IMG/VR virus record: IMGVR_UViG_3300028186_000155
Direction: 5' to 3' (one strand)
DNA: 64,000 bases
DNA from: a virus
Lineage: Duplodnaviria; Caudoviricetes
The translations under genes were made by a program, and so were the position numbers. How positions within the stretch are numbered: position 1 is the first letter of the stretch; every line of letters starts with the position of its first letter. This document shows positions 36,410 to 45,320 of this stretch, one piece after another. The notes below the pieces were generated by a model. It was given only the letters and a program-made list of their open reading frames with translations, did no database searches and was not told the origin of the DNA.

Positions 36410-36793
36410 TTACAGAAATTGAATATCAAACACGAATTCGTCGTGTGCTCGCCATTCATCCGCTACGGCGTAGAGGCTGGGCAGCATAGCTTCCTTTTTG
36501 AAAATATCAGGAACCCAAGCCAGAAATGCCCGGCTCACCTCATGCCCATTTGGAATCGGTTTAGCCACAATGAACAGTACGTTATTTTGGTAGCCACACG
36601 CCTGCTTGCTGTATGGCTCTAATTTCACCAACGAATCATCGCGCACCAGTTTCAGTTTCGACACTTGGCTAGGGGTTAGCAGGTCGCGCCCCTTTAGCCA
36701 ATCCAAGGAATCGCGTAGGCTTTTGCGTGTAGTTTTCCACGCCAAATATTCAGCGGCATCCATTTGTTGCCCGTAGGAAATTCCGTTGCGCAT
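36410..36793 (-). CDS. hypothetical protein
   Basis: GAGG SD. Confidence 0.7.
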   Translation of the reverse strand: MRNGISYGQQMDAAEYLAWKTTRKSLRDSLDWLKGRDLLTPSQVSKLKLVRDDSLVKLEPYSKQACGYQNNVLFIVAKPIPNGHEVSRAFLAWVPDIFKKEAMLPSLYAVADEWRAHDEFVFDIQFL

Positions 36794-36799
36794 AAGGCC

Positions 36800-37216
36800 T
36801 CACGATTCCCATTGTTGAATGGCATTCAACGGATGACTCATGCGCCCTTTGAACACCGGCATATTCAGCGTGACCAGCGCGTTAACTTGACGTTTGGTTT
36901 CCACCTGATCGCAGCAGCCGGAATGTTTGGACTCGACCAGACCGTCCACAGTTTCGCTGTAGACAAACCGGGCGCTTTCACGCCAGATTCCGGGCACCAT
37001 CAAATGCATTTTGTCACCTAGCGGATCATGCAGGGCTTTCTTGCGTTCGCAGCGCAGCAGCCAGAAGGTTTCGCCGTCGATTTGGTGGCTGATCAGGAAG
37101 GCGGCGATATCATCATCGCTGTATTGCAGGCCGAATTGTTTCACGCAGTTATCAAACGCTTCTTTATGGCTGAAACCCAAAACCAAACGACCGTAACCTG
37201 CTTGAACTTCACTCAT
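36800..37216 (-). CDS. hypothetical protein
   Basis: ATGA-coupled, GGAG SD. Confidence 0.7.
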   Translation of the reverse strand: MSEVQAGYGRLVLGFSHKEAFDNCVKQFGLQYSDDDIAAFLISHQIDGETFWLLRCERKKALHDPLGDKMHLMVPGIWRESARFVYSETVDGLVESKHSGCCDQVETKRQVNALVTLNMPVFKGRMSHPLNAIQQWES

Positions 37217-37815
37217 GCTTGTTGCTCCTGTTGTTGGTCCAAAGTGTGCAGCAAACCAGCCGCTTTCAGCTTACGAATTTCGCTCAGCGATTTACCATAT
37301 TTCGCGGCCAGTTCTTTCACTGTACCTTCGGGCGCTGGTTTGTGCTGGCTCAGGAATTGCTCGCGCTGTTCAGCCTTCTTTTGTTCAGCACGTTTCTGAT
37401 CGGCTCGCAGGCTTTCACGCCAGTCTTGCATACCGAGCACTGTAGGCTTGTTCGGCACGCGCATAAGCTGGCCGATTTGTTCCATGGTGGCTTGGTCTAT
37501 GAAAGGCAAAATTGCCTCGACTTGTTTGGTCACAGCTTCCTGCGCCCAATCCTTCGCTTCGTTGAGCAAAGACGTGGCCAGATCACCGAAAATAAACCCA
37601 GCGTCTTCCAGCGAATTCAGATCAACATGGCGCTCATGGATCGAATGGAAAAAGCACATACGCACTTCCAGATCAGCTAGGCCGGTCAGCAGGTCACGCG
37701 CATATTTGAATTTCTTTTCGTATGAATCCAGATACAGCATGTAACCGATGCGGGTGCGCTGCTCGATTGGGTAGTCTGCGAAAGGGCTACGGGTTTGTTC
37801 TTGATGTTGCATCAC
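37213..37815 (-). CDS. protein with C-terminal HTH
   Basis: TVKELAAKYGKSLSEIRKLKAAG. Confidence 0.7.
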   Translation of the reverse strand: MMQHQEQTRSPFADYPIEQRTRIGYMLYLDSYEKKFKYARDLLTGLADLEVRMCFFHSIHERHVDLNSLEDAGFIFGDLATSLLNEAKDWAQEAVTKQVEAILPFIDQATMEQIGQLMRVPNKPTVLGMQDWRESLRADQKRAEQKKAEQREQFLSQHKPAPEGTVKELAAKYGKSLSEIRKLKAAGLLHTLDQQQEQQA

Positions 37816-37824
37816 AACTTCCTT

Positions 37825-38577
37825 TTATTTAACTCGTTTGGTTCCAGACTTTTTCTTAGTCTTAGTCTTGGAGAATTCACGCTCCACCTCAGCCAACATT
37901 TCCAGCCAGTCCAAGGTGCTCACCCATTCCTGCCCTTGTTCGTCACCGAAACGAATGTGGCTCACGCTGCGTTCCAGAATGGCGGCGCAAATGTTGTGGG
38001 CCGCGCTCACGTACAGCTGTTGCACATCGATAGTAGGCAGTGGCGAGCGCAGTGGGCTTTCGCCTTCTGGACTTTTGATCCAAATCGGCTGCTGTTGCAG
38101 GAAATCTACGTTGTCACCTTCGATTTCCACATGTACAGGGAAACCGCCGAAAATACGTTCCAATGCAGCCTTTGCCATTTGACCGGTCAACGCGGGCAAA
38201 TCTGGTTCTTTGTCAGGATCGACAATGGCATGCAACGTCAGTTCTACCCAGCGATCATCGAAGTCACGCTTGATTTCGGCTTTCAGCGTCAAATCGATAA
38301 CGCTACGCTCGGTGCGTACCTCGTTGAGGTTGACCATCAGGCCCCCGATTTTATCCGCCAGAACTTCACGGAAAATTTCTTCGGGTTTTGCCGAACGCAT
38401 CAGCCCTTCGATCAGGTTGTGTCCGTTGGCATTGCGAATCGGCAACGACACTACGCCTTCGAGGCCGTCGAGGAAATGTTCAACACCGATTTCAACCGAA
38501 CGGACCTTGATCGATTTCGGCTCGGACTTTTTCACTTTCTCTTTGTAAGACTTTGCGGCTTTGACTGTGCTGGGCAT
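37825..38577 (-). CDS. hypothetical protein with Lys-rich ends
   Basis: TAATG coupling. Confidence 0.75.
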   Translation of the reverse strand: MPSTVKAAKSYKEKVKKSEPKSIKVRSVEIGVEHFLDGLEGVVSLPIRNANGHNLIEGLMRSAKPEEIFREVLADKIGGLMVNLNEVRTERSVIDLTLKAEIKRDFDDRWVELTLHAIVDPDKEPDLPALTGQMAKAALERIFGGFPVHVEIEGDNVDFLQQQPIWIKSPEGESPLRSPLPTIDVQQLYVSAAHNICAAILERSVSHIRFGDEQGQEWVSTLDWLEMLAEVEREFSKTKTKKKSGTKRVK

Positions 38578-38840
38578 TACACGTTTCCTGTGTTGTAGTT
38601 GAGGACCAGCAGGGCAGTGCAGGCGATGGATACGGCAACCGTGATCACGCGCACCACCGCCCGATGAATTCGGCTCTGTCGCTGCTTGTCAGCGTATGAA
38701 AGGGACAGAGACGCTACGATAAACACAATCATCAGGCCGAGCACAACTTGCGAAGTATTCAGCCCAATTTGTTCGTGCAAGATTTTGTCAGTGTGGGCCG
38801 ATGTTGTGATACCCACGTGACTGGAATTCGTTTGTGTCAT
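38577..38840 (-). CDS. 2-TM membrane protein
   Basis: two hydrophobic helices. Confidence 0.7.
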   Translation of the reverse strand: MTQTNSSHVGITTSAHTDKILHEQIGLNTSQVVLGLMIVFIVASLSLSYADKQRQSRIHRAVVRVITVAVSIACTALLVLNYNTGNV

Positions 38841-38843
38841 TTC

Positions 38844-40034
38844 TTACTTAACCCCGACCCATTCTTTCAGTTTTGCATCCCACATTTTGGTGTTCTTTGG
38901 CGACATGATAATCGCCTTCCCTTGTTGGTAGACGCACCAGCCGCCTTTGGAGAAGTTGATAATCCACGGGCTGGTGCTCGATTCACGAACGTAAAGTTTC
39001 CGTACTCGCATAACCTGTTTCTCGATGCAGATGTTTTGACGTTGAATTTCAACCGCACCGGTCTTCAGACGTGTGAGGATTTGCACAAGGTAGCAACCCT
39101 CCGTCATCCGCACCGATGGCAGTTCACCCGGTTTATAGCGACGATAGTCTGCGACCACAACACGCGATTCGGATGCACCTGCGTGAATGCTTTCGCTATT
39201 GTCTAGGTTTGCGTACAGCGGGTGATCCCCGTAATTTGTCCGCAAAAATCCAACGTTTACCGGCGTCCGATCAAACAGGCCGGTGAAATAAACTCCGTAC
39301 TCGGAAGCAATCTGGTTAGCGCTGCGGAAAAAGCCGGTGTAAGCGTTGTTTGCCGCCGCGTTCACGTCCGGTAAATCCGGCCCGTGGTCCGTGATCAGAA
39401 TTACGCCGCTTCCTGCTTCGCGATAGGCCACCATTGCAGCCACAGCCGCATCGGTGAAACGCCCGGTTGGTGTGCCGTAGTCCGAGGACATGACCAGCAC
39501 CGCGCAGTAGCTTTCCAATTCGGACAATGTGGGATTTAACACATCCCCATAATCCGAACGATCCTTGAACGTCGGCACATAGCCAGCGATGGCGAACAGG
39601 CGCGTAAACGACGTGCGGAAGCTGGTTGATTCGCTGCCCTTCACGCTGTAGTTCTGGCCTTCGACCTGATCGCCAAGGATCAACACCTTGTTATTGCCTG
39701 CCGCCTTTTTCGTTTGGTTGGCCACGAAATTGAGGGCGTTGTAGAGATATTTGTAGGCGCCGGTTAGTCCAGCAAACACCGTGCCTTCGGCTGGCGCCCC
39801 GACGTTGTAAAACTTCGGAAAGCCGCCGTCATAAACCACGTTGCCCCGGCCATCCTGCGTGACAGCAATGAACGGGTTTGGTGGGTTCAGCGTGTCATAC
39901 GCCACATATTCAGAATATGTCGGCATAAGGCCGTTGACTGTGAACATGACGAAATCAACTTGTGGCGTCGTATTCCATTCGACCAGCAGCGGTTCGCCGT
40001 AAGTGCCTGCGGGATACGTGAGGCTTACTTGCAT
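38844..40034 (-). CDS. possible virion/tail-associated protein with GATase1-like fold
   Basis: GSGVILITDHG...ANQIA..YGVYF pattern; family assignment from recall only. Confidence 0.45.
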   Translation of the reverse strand: MQVSLTYPAGTYGEPLLVEWNTTPQVDFVMFTVNGLMPTYSEYVAYDTLNPPNPFIAVTQDGRGNVVYDGGFPKFYNVGAPAEGTVFAGLTGAYKYLYNALNFVANQTKKAAGNNKVLILGDQVEGQNYSVKGSESTSFRTSFTRLFAIAGYVPTFKDRSDYGDVLNPTLSELESYCAVLVMSSDYGTPTGRFTDAAVAAMVAYREAGSGVILITDHGPDLPDVNAAANNAYTGFFRSANQIASEYGVYFTGLFDRTPVNVGFLRTNYGDHPLYANLDNSESIHAGASESRVVVADYRRYKPGELPSVRMTEGCYLVQILTRLKTGAVEIQRQNICIEKQVMRVRKLYVRESSTSPWIINFSKGGWCVYQQGKAIIMSPKNTKMWDAKLKEWVGVK

Positions 40035-40052
40035 TTTAAAACCTTTTGAATT

Positions 40053-40361
40053 TTATGGAACGTAATCTGCCTCCCATAGATCGAGTTCGCGCATAACGTC
40101 GCCCCACTGCGGGTTGAAATTTCCCTTGGGCAACACGCACGATTCGAACACGTGGCAGAGTTCGATAATGTTGGTGACGACTCGCGTCAAATCGTAACGG
40201 GTTTCTACGGCCAGCGAACCACCTTCGAGCGCATAGGCCGTCATGGTTTCCTTGGCCCCTGAATGCAGGTCATACAGGAAAACATTGCGGTTGCGGTCGT
40301 AGTGGATTTCTACGTCAACGCCGAGCCGGATAAGGCGTTCAATCAGAGGATGGATTTTCAT
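40053..40361 (-). CDS. hypothetical protein
   Basis: AAGGA SD. Confidence 0.7.
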   Translation of the reverse strand: MKIHPLIERLIRLGVDVEIHYDRNRNVFLYDLHSGAKETMTAYALEGGSLAVETRYDLTRVVTNIIELCHVFESCVLPKGNFNPQWGDVMRELDLWEADYVP

Positions 40362-40803
40362 CGCTGCTTCCTTCTGGTTTACAGTTTTCTTCAGTGCGGC
40401 GAATCCGCGTAATTATCGGAGTGATTCGCTCGCGTTGTTGCGCACGCCGCTTGTGGACCGTTGACAGAATAATTTCCTCTGACAATTTTAGGTGCCAGTC
40501 AGTGCAAGGCCAGCGGTCATGGTCCGCGTGATCGTTGCGGGGTACGCCGTATTGGTTGATTGTGCCGGAATGGCGGCCCTTATCGTCAAAGGCGCGCCAG
40601 CGGATGTTTTCCGGGGGAATGTGCCCCAGTGCCACGGCCAGTCGGAACGCGTCAAACGCCAGCGTGTTCGACAAGTGGATTTTGGCCTCGGTGTCGGGTC
40701 CGTAGTAGCGAGCAGGCAAAGAAATCGCCTCGGAATCCGAAAGTGCGTAGGCCCCGTGTTCCAGATCGGGGGAGCCGGGTAGGTGTAGATACAGAGTGAT
40801 CAC
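40339..40803 (-). CDS. hypothetical protein
   Basis: GGAG SD, GTG start. Confidence 0.65.
   Translation of the reverse strand: MITLYLHLPGSPDLEHGAYALSDSEAISLPARYYGPDTEAKIHLSNTLAFDAFRLAVALGHIPPENIRWRAFDDKGRHSGTINQYGVPRNDHADHDRWPCTDWHLKLSEEIILSTVHKRRAQQRERITPIITRIRRTEENCKPEGSSDENPSSD
40377..40387 (-). promoter_or_regulatory. AAACTGTAAAC motif copy 8
   Basis: exact 11-mer immediately before the SD of 40361. Confidence 0.55.
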
Positions 40804-40959
40804 GATTCAGTAACTCCACGTTTAGGAAATGTTCGGCTTGGCCAAGTTCCTCAAAGAAACGGCGGTTGCAGACCACGCCATACTGGATTTGGTCAATTGT
40901 GAATTTGCGACTGGTTTTCGTAACGTATTCACTGACCCGGATGTTTTTCAGATCGTCAC

Positions 40960-41370
40960 TCACGAATATTTCGTGGACATACTCAGACGGCCCGATACGG
41001 TAAGCAGTGTGCCGGGCTTCACGTGCTTGATCAAACTGATGCACGACCCGAGCACGTTGCAGAAATTGCGAACGGTATTTTCGTTGCCACGGCCAGAGCC
41101 ATCGTAGCTCTTTTTTATTTGGCGTTTCTGCACTTGTTGCAGCATGCACAGTAGTGACTCCTTTTCATGTGCTGGGTAACTTTTTTCGAGGCCTGTATTC
41201 AAATTACGGAGAACGGTACTGTCACGATATTCAATGACAATGTACTGGATTTTTCTGTGACCATCACGCGGCTCGAAGCGGAACTCTTGAGTACCCGCGT
41301 GACGGGTGCGCAGAACGCGGTGATGCGGTAGGGCGTGTTTCAGATCGTTGAAGATTTTCGAGTAGAGCAC
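40960..41370 (-). CDS. hypothetical protein; overlapping ORF 40652..41149 may also be coding
   Basis: AAGGGA SD, GTG start. Confidence 0.5.
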   Translation of the reverse strand: MLYSKIFNDLKHALPHHRVLRTRHAGTQEFRFEPRDGHRKIQYIVIEYRDSTVLRNLNTGLEKSYPAHEKESLLCMLQQVQKRQIKKSYDGSGRGNENTVRNFCNVLGSCISLIKHVKPGTLLTVSGRLSMSTKYS

Positions 41371-41395
41371 AGGTGAATTCCCTTTCCAGTTTCCG

Positions 41396-41641
41396 TCAAA
41401 TGCGGGTTACATGAATGCTGATAATGTCGTCGGGGTTAATGTGGTCTTCACCCTCGGTGGTCATGTGCTCATACAGCGTTTCGCCCGCCATGCGCAGCAC
41501 TTCGTTAATCGGGTGCGGTATGTAGGTGCCTGCTGCATCATGCGACGGATAGGTGCGAGCCAGTTCGGTATCTTTGCAGCCACCTTTTACGGCTTGCACG
41601 CACACCACGCGGAAATGCGGTTCACGTCGTTCATTGGTCAT
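41396..41641 (-). CDS. hypothetical protein
   Basis: GAGGA SD. Confidence 0.7.
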   Translation of the reverse strand: MTNERREPHFRVVCVQAVKGGCKDTELARTYPSHDAAGTYIPHPINEVLRMAGETLYEHMTTEGEDHINPDDIISIHVTRI

Positions 41642-41651
41642 GGATTTTTCC

Positions 41652-42041
41652 TCAGAGGCTTACTGGAATGCCCGCCGCAATTTCTGCGCGGCGAACGTCG
41701 TCCTGCGTCAGAGTTTTATGCAGGGTTTTTGTGACGAAGAAACAGAAAACGTCGCTGGCCTCAAGTTCACCGTTGGCCAACATTTCTTGCAGCGCTTGGT
41801 TGCCACGCTCGATCACGTTGGACACTGGATCGGGGATATAACGCCCGTCAATGTCGAAGGCTTCCAGCGTGGATGCCAGTTCGATTTCGGATTGCCCGTC
41901 AAACATTTTGCTGAAGAGTTTCACGGTGGCGCGATACTGATCCTCATGCCACGTTTTCGATTGCTGGCGTTTCAGGTTTGCATCACGCGCCGCTTCTACC
42001 GCCAGACGCAGATCGTCAACCGTTGGATTTTCTTTGCTCAT
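41652..42041 (-). CDS. hypothetical protein
   Basis: TAATG coupling. Confidence 0.7.
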   Translation of the reverse strand: MSKENPTVDDLRLAVEAARDANLKRQQSKTWHEDQYRATVKLFSKMFDGQSEIELASTLEAFDIDGRYIPDPVSNVIERGNQALQEMLANGELEASDVFCFFVTKTLHKTLTQDDVRRAEIAAGIPVSL

Positions 42042-42463
42042 TATCGGATTCCATAATCGTAGGCTTTCAACCGGCCTTGCCGGTCGTACCCAACTTGTGC
42101 ACAGTCCACGGAATCAACCCACACAGGCAGATTCCTTGGGCGTTTAACGTCATGGTGTAGGCGCTGCAAACGTTCCTGCATAACACAGCAGAAACCCATA
42201 AACTCGACACGACGGCTACGGGCCTTTGTAGGGCCACGGTGACGGCCTTCGTAATTGTTGTCAGCTTCGCCATTCAGGCTACGCGGAAACTTGAGCACAA
42301 AACCGCGACCGGTAGAGAACACCAGACGATTGCGCCCGGCGTCGATTGGCCTTCCGTATTTGCGGGCCAAAATCTGTAGGGCTTCGTCGGCCTTGGCGCT
42401 CAGTTCAGGATTATCTGCAAACACTTTAGGCAGCAAAATATATCGACCTACACCTCGATTCAT
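42041..42463 (-). CDS. minimal protein-kinase-like fold protein (140 aa)
   Basis: IDAGRNRLVF, FVLKFP, N..E, VMQE, D...VG, AYDYG in kinase order. Confidence 0.6.
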   Translation of the reverse strand: MNRGVGRYILLPKVFADNPELSAKADEALQILARKYGRPIDAGRNRLVFSTGRGFVLKFPRSLNGEADNNYEGRHRGPTKARSRRVEFMGFCCVMQERLQRLHHDVKRPRNLPVWVDSVDCAQVGYDRQGRLKAYDYGIR

Positions 42464-42464
42464 T

Positions 42465-43217
42465 TTAGTGCACCACGTGGCCCGGAACGTTGAGACGAAC
42501 CAGCGTGCGCTCGCAGTCGAACGCCACTGGCAGCGATTCATGGATAAACGAAACGTTACCCTGATAAACACGATTTGGCAGCATGATGATTTCTTGCATG
42601 TGGCTCAGGTCCAAATGCGTCACATCACCACCAATCGAAATCGGCCCGTCGAATTCCCCGATCAAGCCGCGACTCGCGCAAACGTTGGTCGCCAAAATGA
42701 TCGATTCGGGTTTGTCGTTGATATCGAAATACCAGCTAGGCGTCGGTGTATCCCAACGGCCTTTCAGGTAGGCGCTACGGTGCCCTTGGTGGCCACCAAT
42801 AGCTGCGATGGAACCGTGACGCGGTTGCGGATTGCTTGGGCCGTGGAAAGGTCGGGAAGGCTGGCCACCACCGTGCGCTGATTTGGTCATGTGAGAACCA
42901 CCGCCGTGACCGGGTTCTGGTGCAGGTTTAGAACCGTGCCCGCCACCACCGTGCGCCTGAATCATTGGGTGCCAATAACCATCGACGTGCAGGCCGGGGC
43001 GACGGTGCGTGACATTGGCCTTCACCGCTTTCTGATCGATCATCAAATAAATCGGCCCGTCAGTATCGACGCCGACCAACATTTGATCCACGGTTTCTTG
43101 CCAGCGTTTCAGGCTTTCAGGCAAACCCTGTTCCATGCGAAATTCGTGCATGTAAACACGCTCGCCCAAAAACGCAGGGAAATCTACAGAACCAACTTCA
43201 CGTGCTACTGAAATCAT
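42465..43217 (-). CDS. 2OG-Fe(II) oxygenase-like protein with Gly/His-rich insert
   Basis: RPGLHVDG (HxD), distal HES, R...R. Confidence 0.65.
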   Translation of the reverse strand: MISVAREVGSVDFPAFLGERVYMHEFRMEQGLPESLKRWQETVDQMLVGVDTDGPIYLMIDQKAVKANVTHRRPGLHVDGYWHPMIQAHGGGGHGSKPAPEPGHGGGSHMTKSAHGGGQPSRPFHGPSNPQPRHGSIAAIGGHQGHRSAYLKGRWDTPTPSWYFDINDKPESIILATNVCASRGLIGEFDGPISIGGDVTHLDLSHMQEIIMLPNRVYQGNVSFIHESLPVAFDCERTLVRLNVPGHVVH

Positions 43218-43444
43218 TTCTTTTTCCTTGATTGTTGCCGCATTTTCTTTTTGATTTTGCGCTTTGCTCGCAGCTTTCTGGCACCGGGGCAGCCGTAACC
43301 GATCCGGTTAGAATTGCGCCCCGCTGTTCCACCAATTTCCCAGCGTGGTGAACTTTCGGTGATTACCTTGGGCATTGCAGATTGTGCCATCTGCGCAGCC
43401 AACGCCAGCGCCGAGAAATGCCCAAGGATGGAAACGCGCTTCAC
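43214..43444 (-). CDS. small Lys/Arg-rich protein
   Basis: ends PGARKLRAKRKIKKKMRQQSRKKK. Confidence 0.7.
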   Translation of the reverse strand: MKRVSILGHFSALALAAQMAQSAMPKVITESSPRWEIGGTAGRNSNRIGYGCPGARKLRAKRKIKKKMRQQSRKKK

Positions 43445-43671
43445 AGCAGCGCCTCAGCCGATGCAATCACAGGAATAAAACTCGCAGGAACATTCACGTT
43501 GTTATTTAACAGTCCGGCTTGTTCGTTGGCTGTGCCTTCATGTCGCCAGTGCATTGCGTATTTCCCCTTGGGAGTAGTGACCACAACTGACTGCGCAATT
43601 TTGGCCACGTATTCACCAGAACGATTCTCGCGAATCAGCCACATGGTTTCTGTTTTCTGTTCGTTACTCAC
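43441..43671 (-). CDS. small protein, family C domain
   Basis: WLIRENRSGEYV...AMHW. Confidence 0.7.
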   Translation of the reverse strand: MSNEQKTETMWLIRENRSGEYVAKIAQSVVVTTPKGKYAMHWRHEGTANEQAGLLNNNVNVPASFIPVIASAEALL

Positions 43672-44312
43672 CGGAAAGCCCGCCCTGTTACCTCGCCTTT
43701 GTTGCCAGCGTGAAGCAAAACGACCGTGATCCCGTAGCGTGTCGATTGCGGCCCTCGCAGCGAATCACGAACTTGCAACGCCAAATCACGCCCGGTAATC
43801 AGCATTGCACGGTCCAACGATTCATCGGTGCGGATATCCGGGCCAACCAGCGCAGTGATGTAGCGATTGTGGTGATTGTCGCAAATCGCGTACAGCGCTG
43901 TGTCTTCTGCTTCTGGCTCTGCTTCTTTTTCGAAGGCTGGGCGACGGAAATTATATTCACCTTCAGCGCTACCCGGCACGCGTACAAAACCGTTACGCAG
44001 CAAAACTTCGCGCAGCATTTCGTTGTGCACCTGATCTACCCACATGGCGTCGTAGCCCAGTGTGTGACACTGCGCAACAAAGTGCACCAGAAAATCACGG
44101 AACAAACCTTGCCCGCGTTTTGCTGGGTCTACATCGACACGGGACAGCACCATTGCGTTTTCCCACACGTTGGTGCCGGGCACTATGCGATTGTTGGCCC
44201 GCACGTAAACCACAATGCCTTCCTCGCTCACAAACTCTTTCGAGCGTGGGAATTTCTGGCCTTTGCGTTCCTCGAAAAACGCGTAGAGTTCTTGGTAGAA
44301 TTTATGGCTCAT
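43668..44312 (-). CDS. GNAT acetyltransferase fused to family C domain
   Basis: VDVDPAKRGQGLF; N..L...L.RNGF. Confidence 0.8.
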   Translation of the reverse strand: MSHKFYQELYAFFEERKGQKFPRSKEFVSEEGIVVYVRANNRIVPGTNVWENAMVLSRVDVDPAKRGQGLFRDFLVHFVAQCHTLGYDAMWVDQVHNEMLREVLLRNGFVRVPGSAEGEYNFRRPAFEKEAEPEAEDTALYAICDNHHNRYITALVGPDIRTDESLDRAMLITGRDLALQVRDSLRGPQSTRYGITVVLLHAGNKGEVTGRAFR

Positions 44313-44890
44313 ATTTCACCTCGCTGTTGTGCCTTCAGCACCTTTTGCAAAAATGCCCGTTTCCGGCGTTGTAGGATTACCCGCACCGCGTCACCGTAAT
44401 AAGGCTGCGGCAGGTCTTTCAATTTCCCGGCCCGCGCCAATTCGGCGTTGGTGTCTTTGAGTTCCTTTTCCCCGAACGTGCAGTCAGGAACGAAAATCAG
44501 ATTGCGTTCGAAGAAATGTTCCGATCCGGGGTAGCCTTCGTAAGCACTGATAACGCGCCGGTCGTAATTCTCGAAATCACGCAGGCGGCTGATCAACGCA
44601 GAACCTACGCCCTGCCTGCGATTTTCCGGTTTCACGTAAAGCTGAATGTGGCTGCGGTTTATTTCGTAAACCAGCGCCCCGTAAAACGTCCAGTGTGGGA
44701 AATATGCGCTGCCCTTTTCCAACTCACAGGCAACCACCACCAAAACCTTGCGGCCCTTATTGGTGCCGGTTTCGGCCACACGTTCCCACACGCCCAGCAG
44801 TTCGTCGCCACGATCATCGTAGATGCGCTGGTGCAGCAGCTGTTTGGCCAGACTACGCAAATCGTTTCCCTGATAAACCACGTAGCGCAT
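44309..44890 (-). CDS. GNAT acetyltransferase
   Basis: LYVKPENRRQGVGSALI; FFER; start MRYVV at TAATG. Confidence 0.85.
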   Translation of the reverse strand: MRYVVYQGNDLRSLAKQLLHQRIYDDRGDELLGVWERVAETGTNKGRKVLVVVACELEKGSAYFPHWTFYGALVYEINRSHIQLYVKPENRRQGVGSALISRLRDFENYDRRVISAYEGYPGSEHFFERNLIFVPDCTFGEKELKDTNAELARAGKLKDLPQPYYGDAVRVILQRRKRAFLQKVLKAQQRGEI

Positions 44891-45087
44891 TAACGCTTCC
44901 TCGCCTTGCGTGCTGCCTTGTTTTTGACTTTGCGTTTTGCACGTGCCTTGGCGGCACCCGGTGCACCGCGCCCGCTGGTGGTGATACGGCCCGGATGTGG
45001 ATAGCCAGCAGGGTGTAGCAGCTTGCCAACTTCCTTGCCGATTTTTGCCGTGGTGGTCATCATTTGCATTGCTTGGGTCAGCGTCAC
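44890..45087 (-). CDS. small Lys/Arg-rich protein
   Basis: ends PGAAKARAKRKVKNKAARKARKR. Confidence 0.7.
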   Translation of the reverse strand: MTLTQAMQMMTTTAKIGKEVGKLLHPAGYPHPGRITTSGRGAPGAAKARAKRKVKNKAARKARKR

Positions 45088-45320
45088 TTTTTCTTCCTCG
45101 ATTGCTGGCGCATTTTCTTACGCGCTTTGCGTTTGTCCTTGGCCTTTTGTGCCTTGCGCATTTCGTCAATGCCGATTGGTTGAGGGGCGCGGCTGTCGTA
45201 ACCGGGTAGACTGGCACCAGCACGCATAATACGCGTGTCGCCCATAAGACGTTCACGGGTGGTCGGTGGCATGCGTTCCAGTTCGCTGCTCATGAGTGCA
45301 TCAAACAAATCATTTTTCAT
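45084..45320 (-). CDS. small Lys/Arg-rich protein
   Basis: ends KRKARKKMRQQSRKKK. Confidence 0.7.
   Translation of the reverse strand: MKNDLFDALMSSELERMPPTTRERLMGDTRIMRAGASLPGYDSRAPQPIGIDEMRKAQKAKDKRKARKKMRQQSRKKK

Noticed and set aside
36408-36418. TTTCTGTAAAG as another copy of the 11-mer
   Set aside because: Four mismatches; explained by Phe-Leu-stop codons
44309-45256. 315-aa GNAT as given in the ORF track
   Set aside because: The N-terminal extension overlaps two coupled small genes; the likely start is 44890
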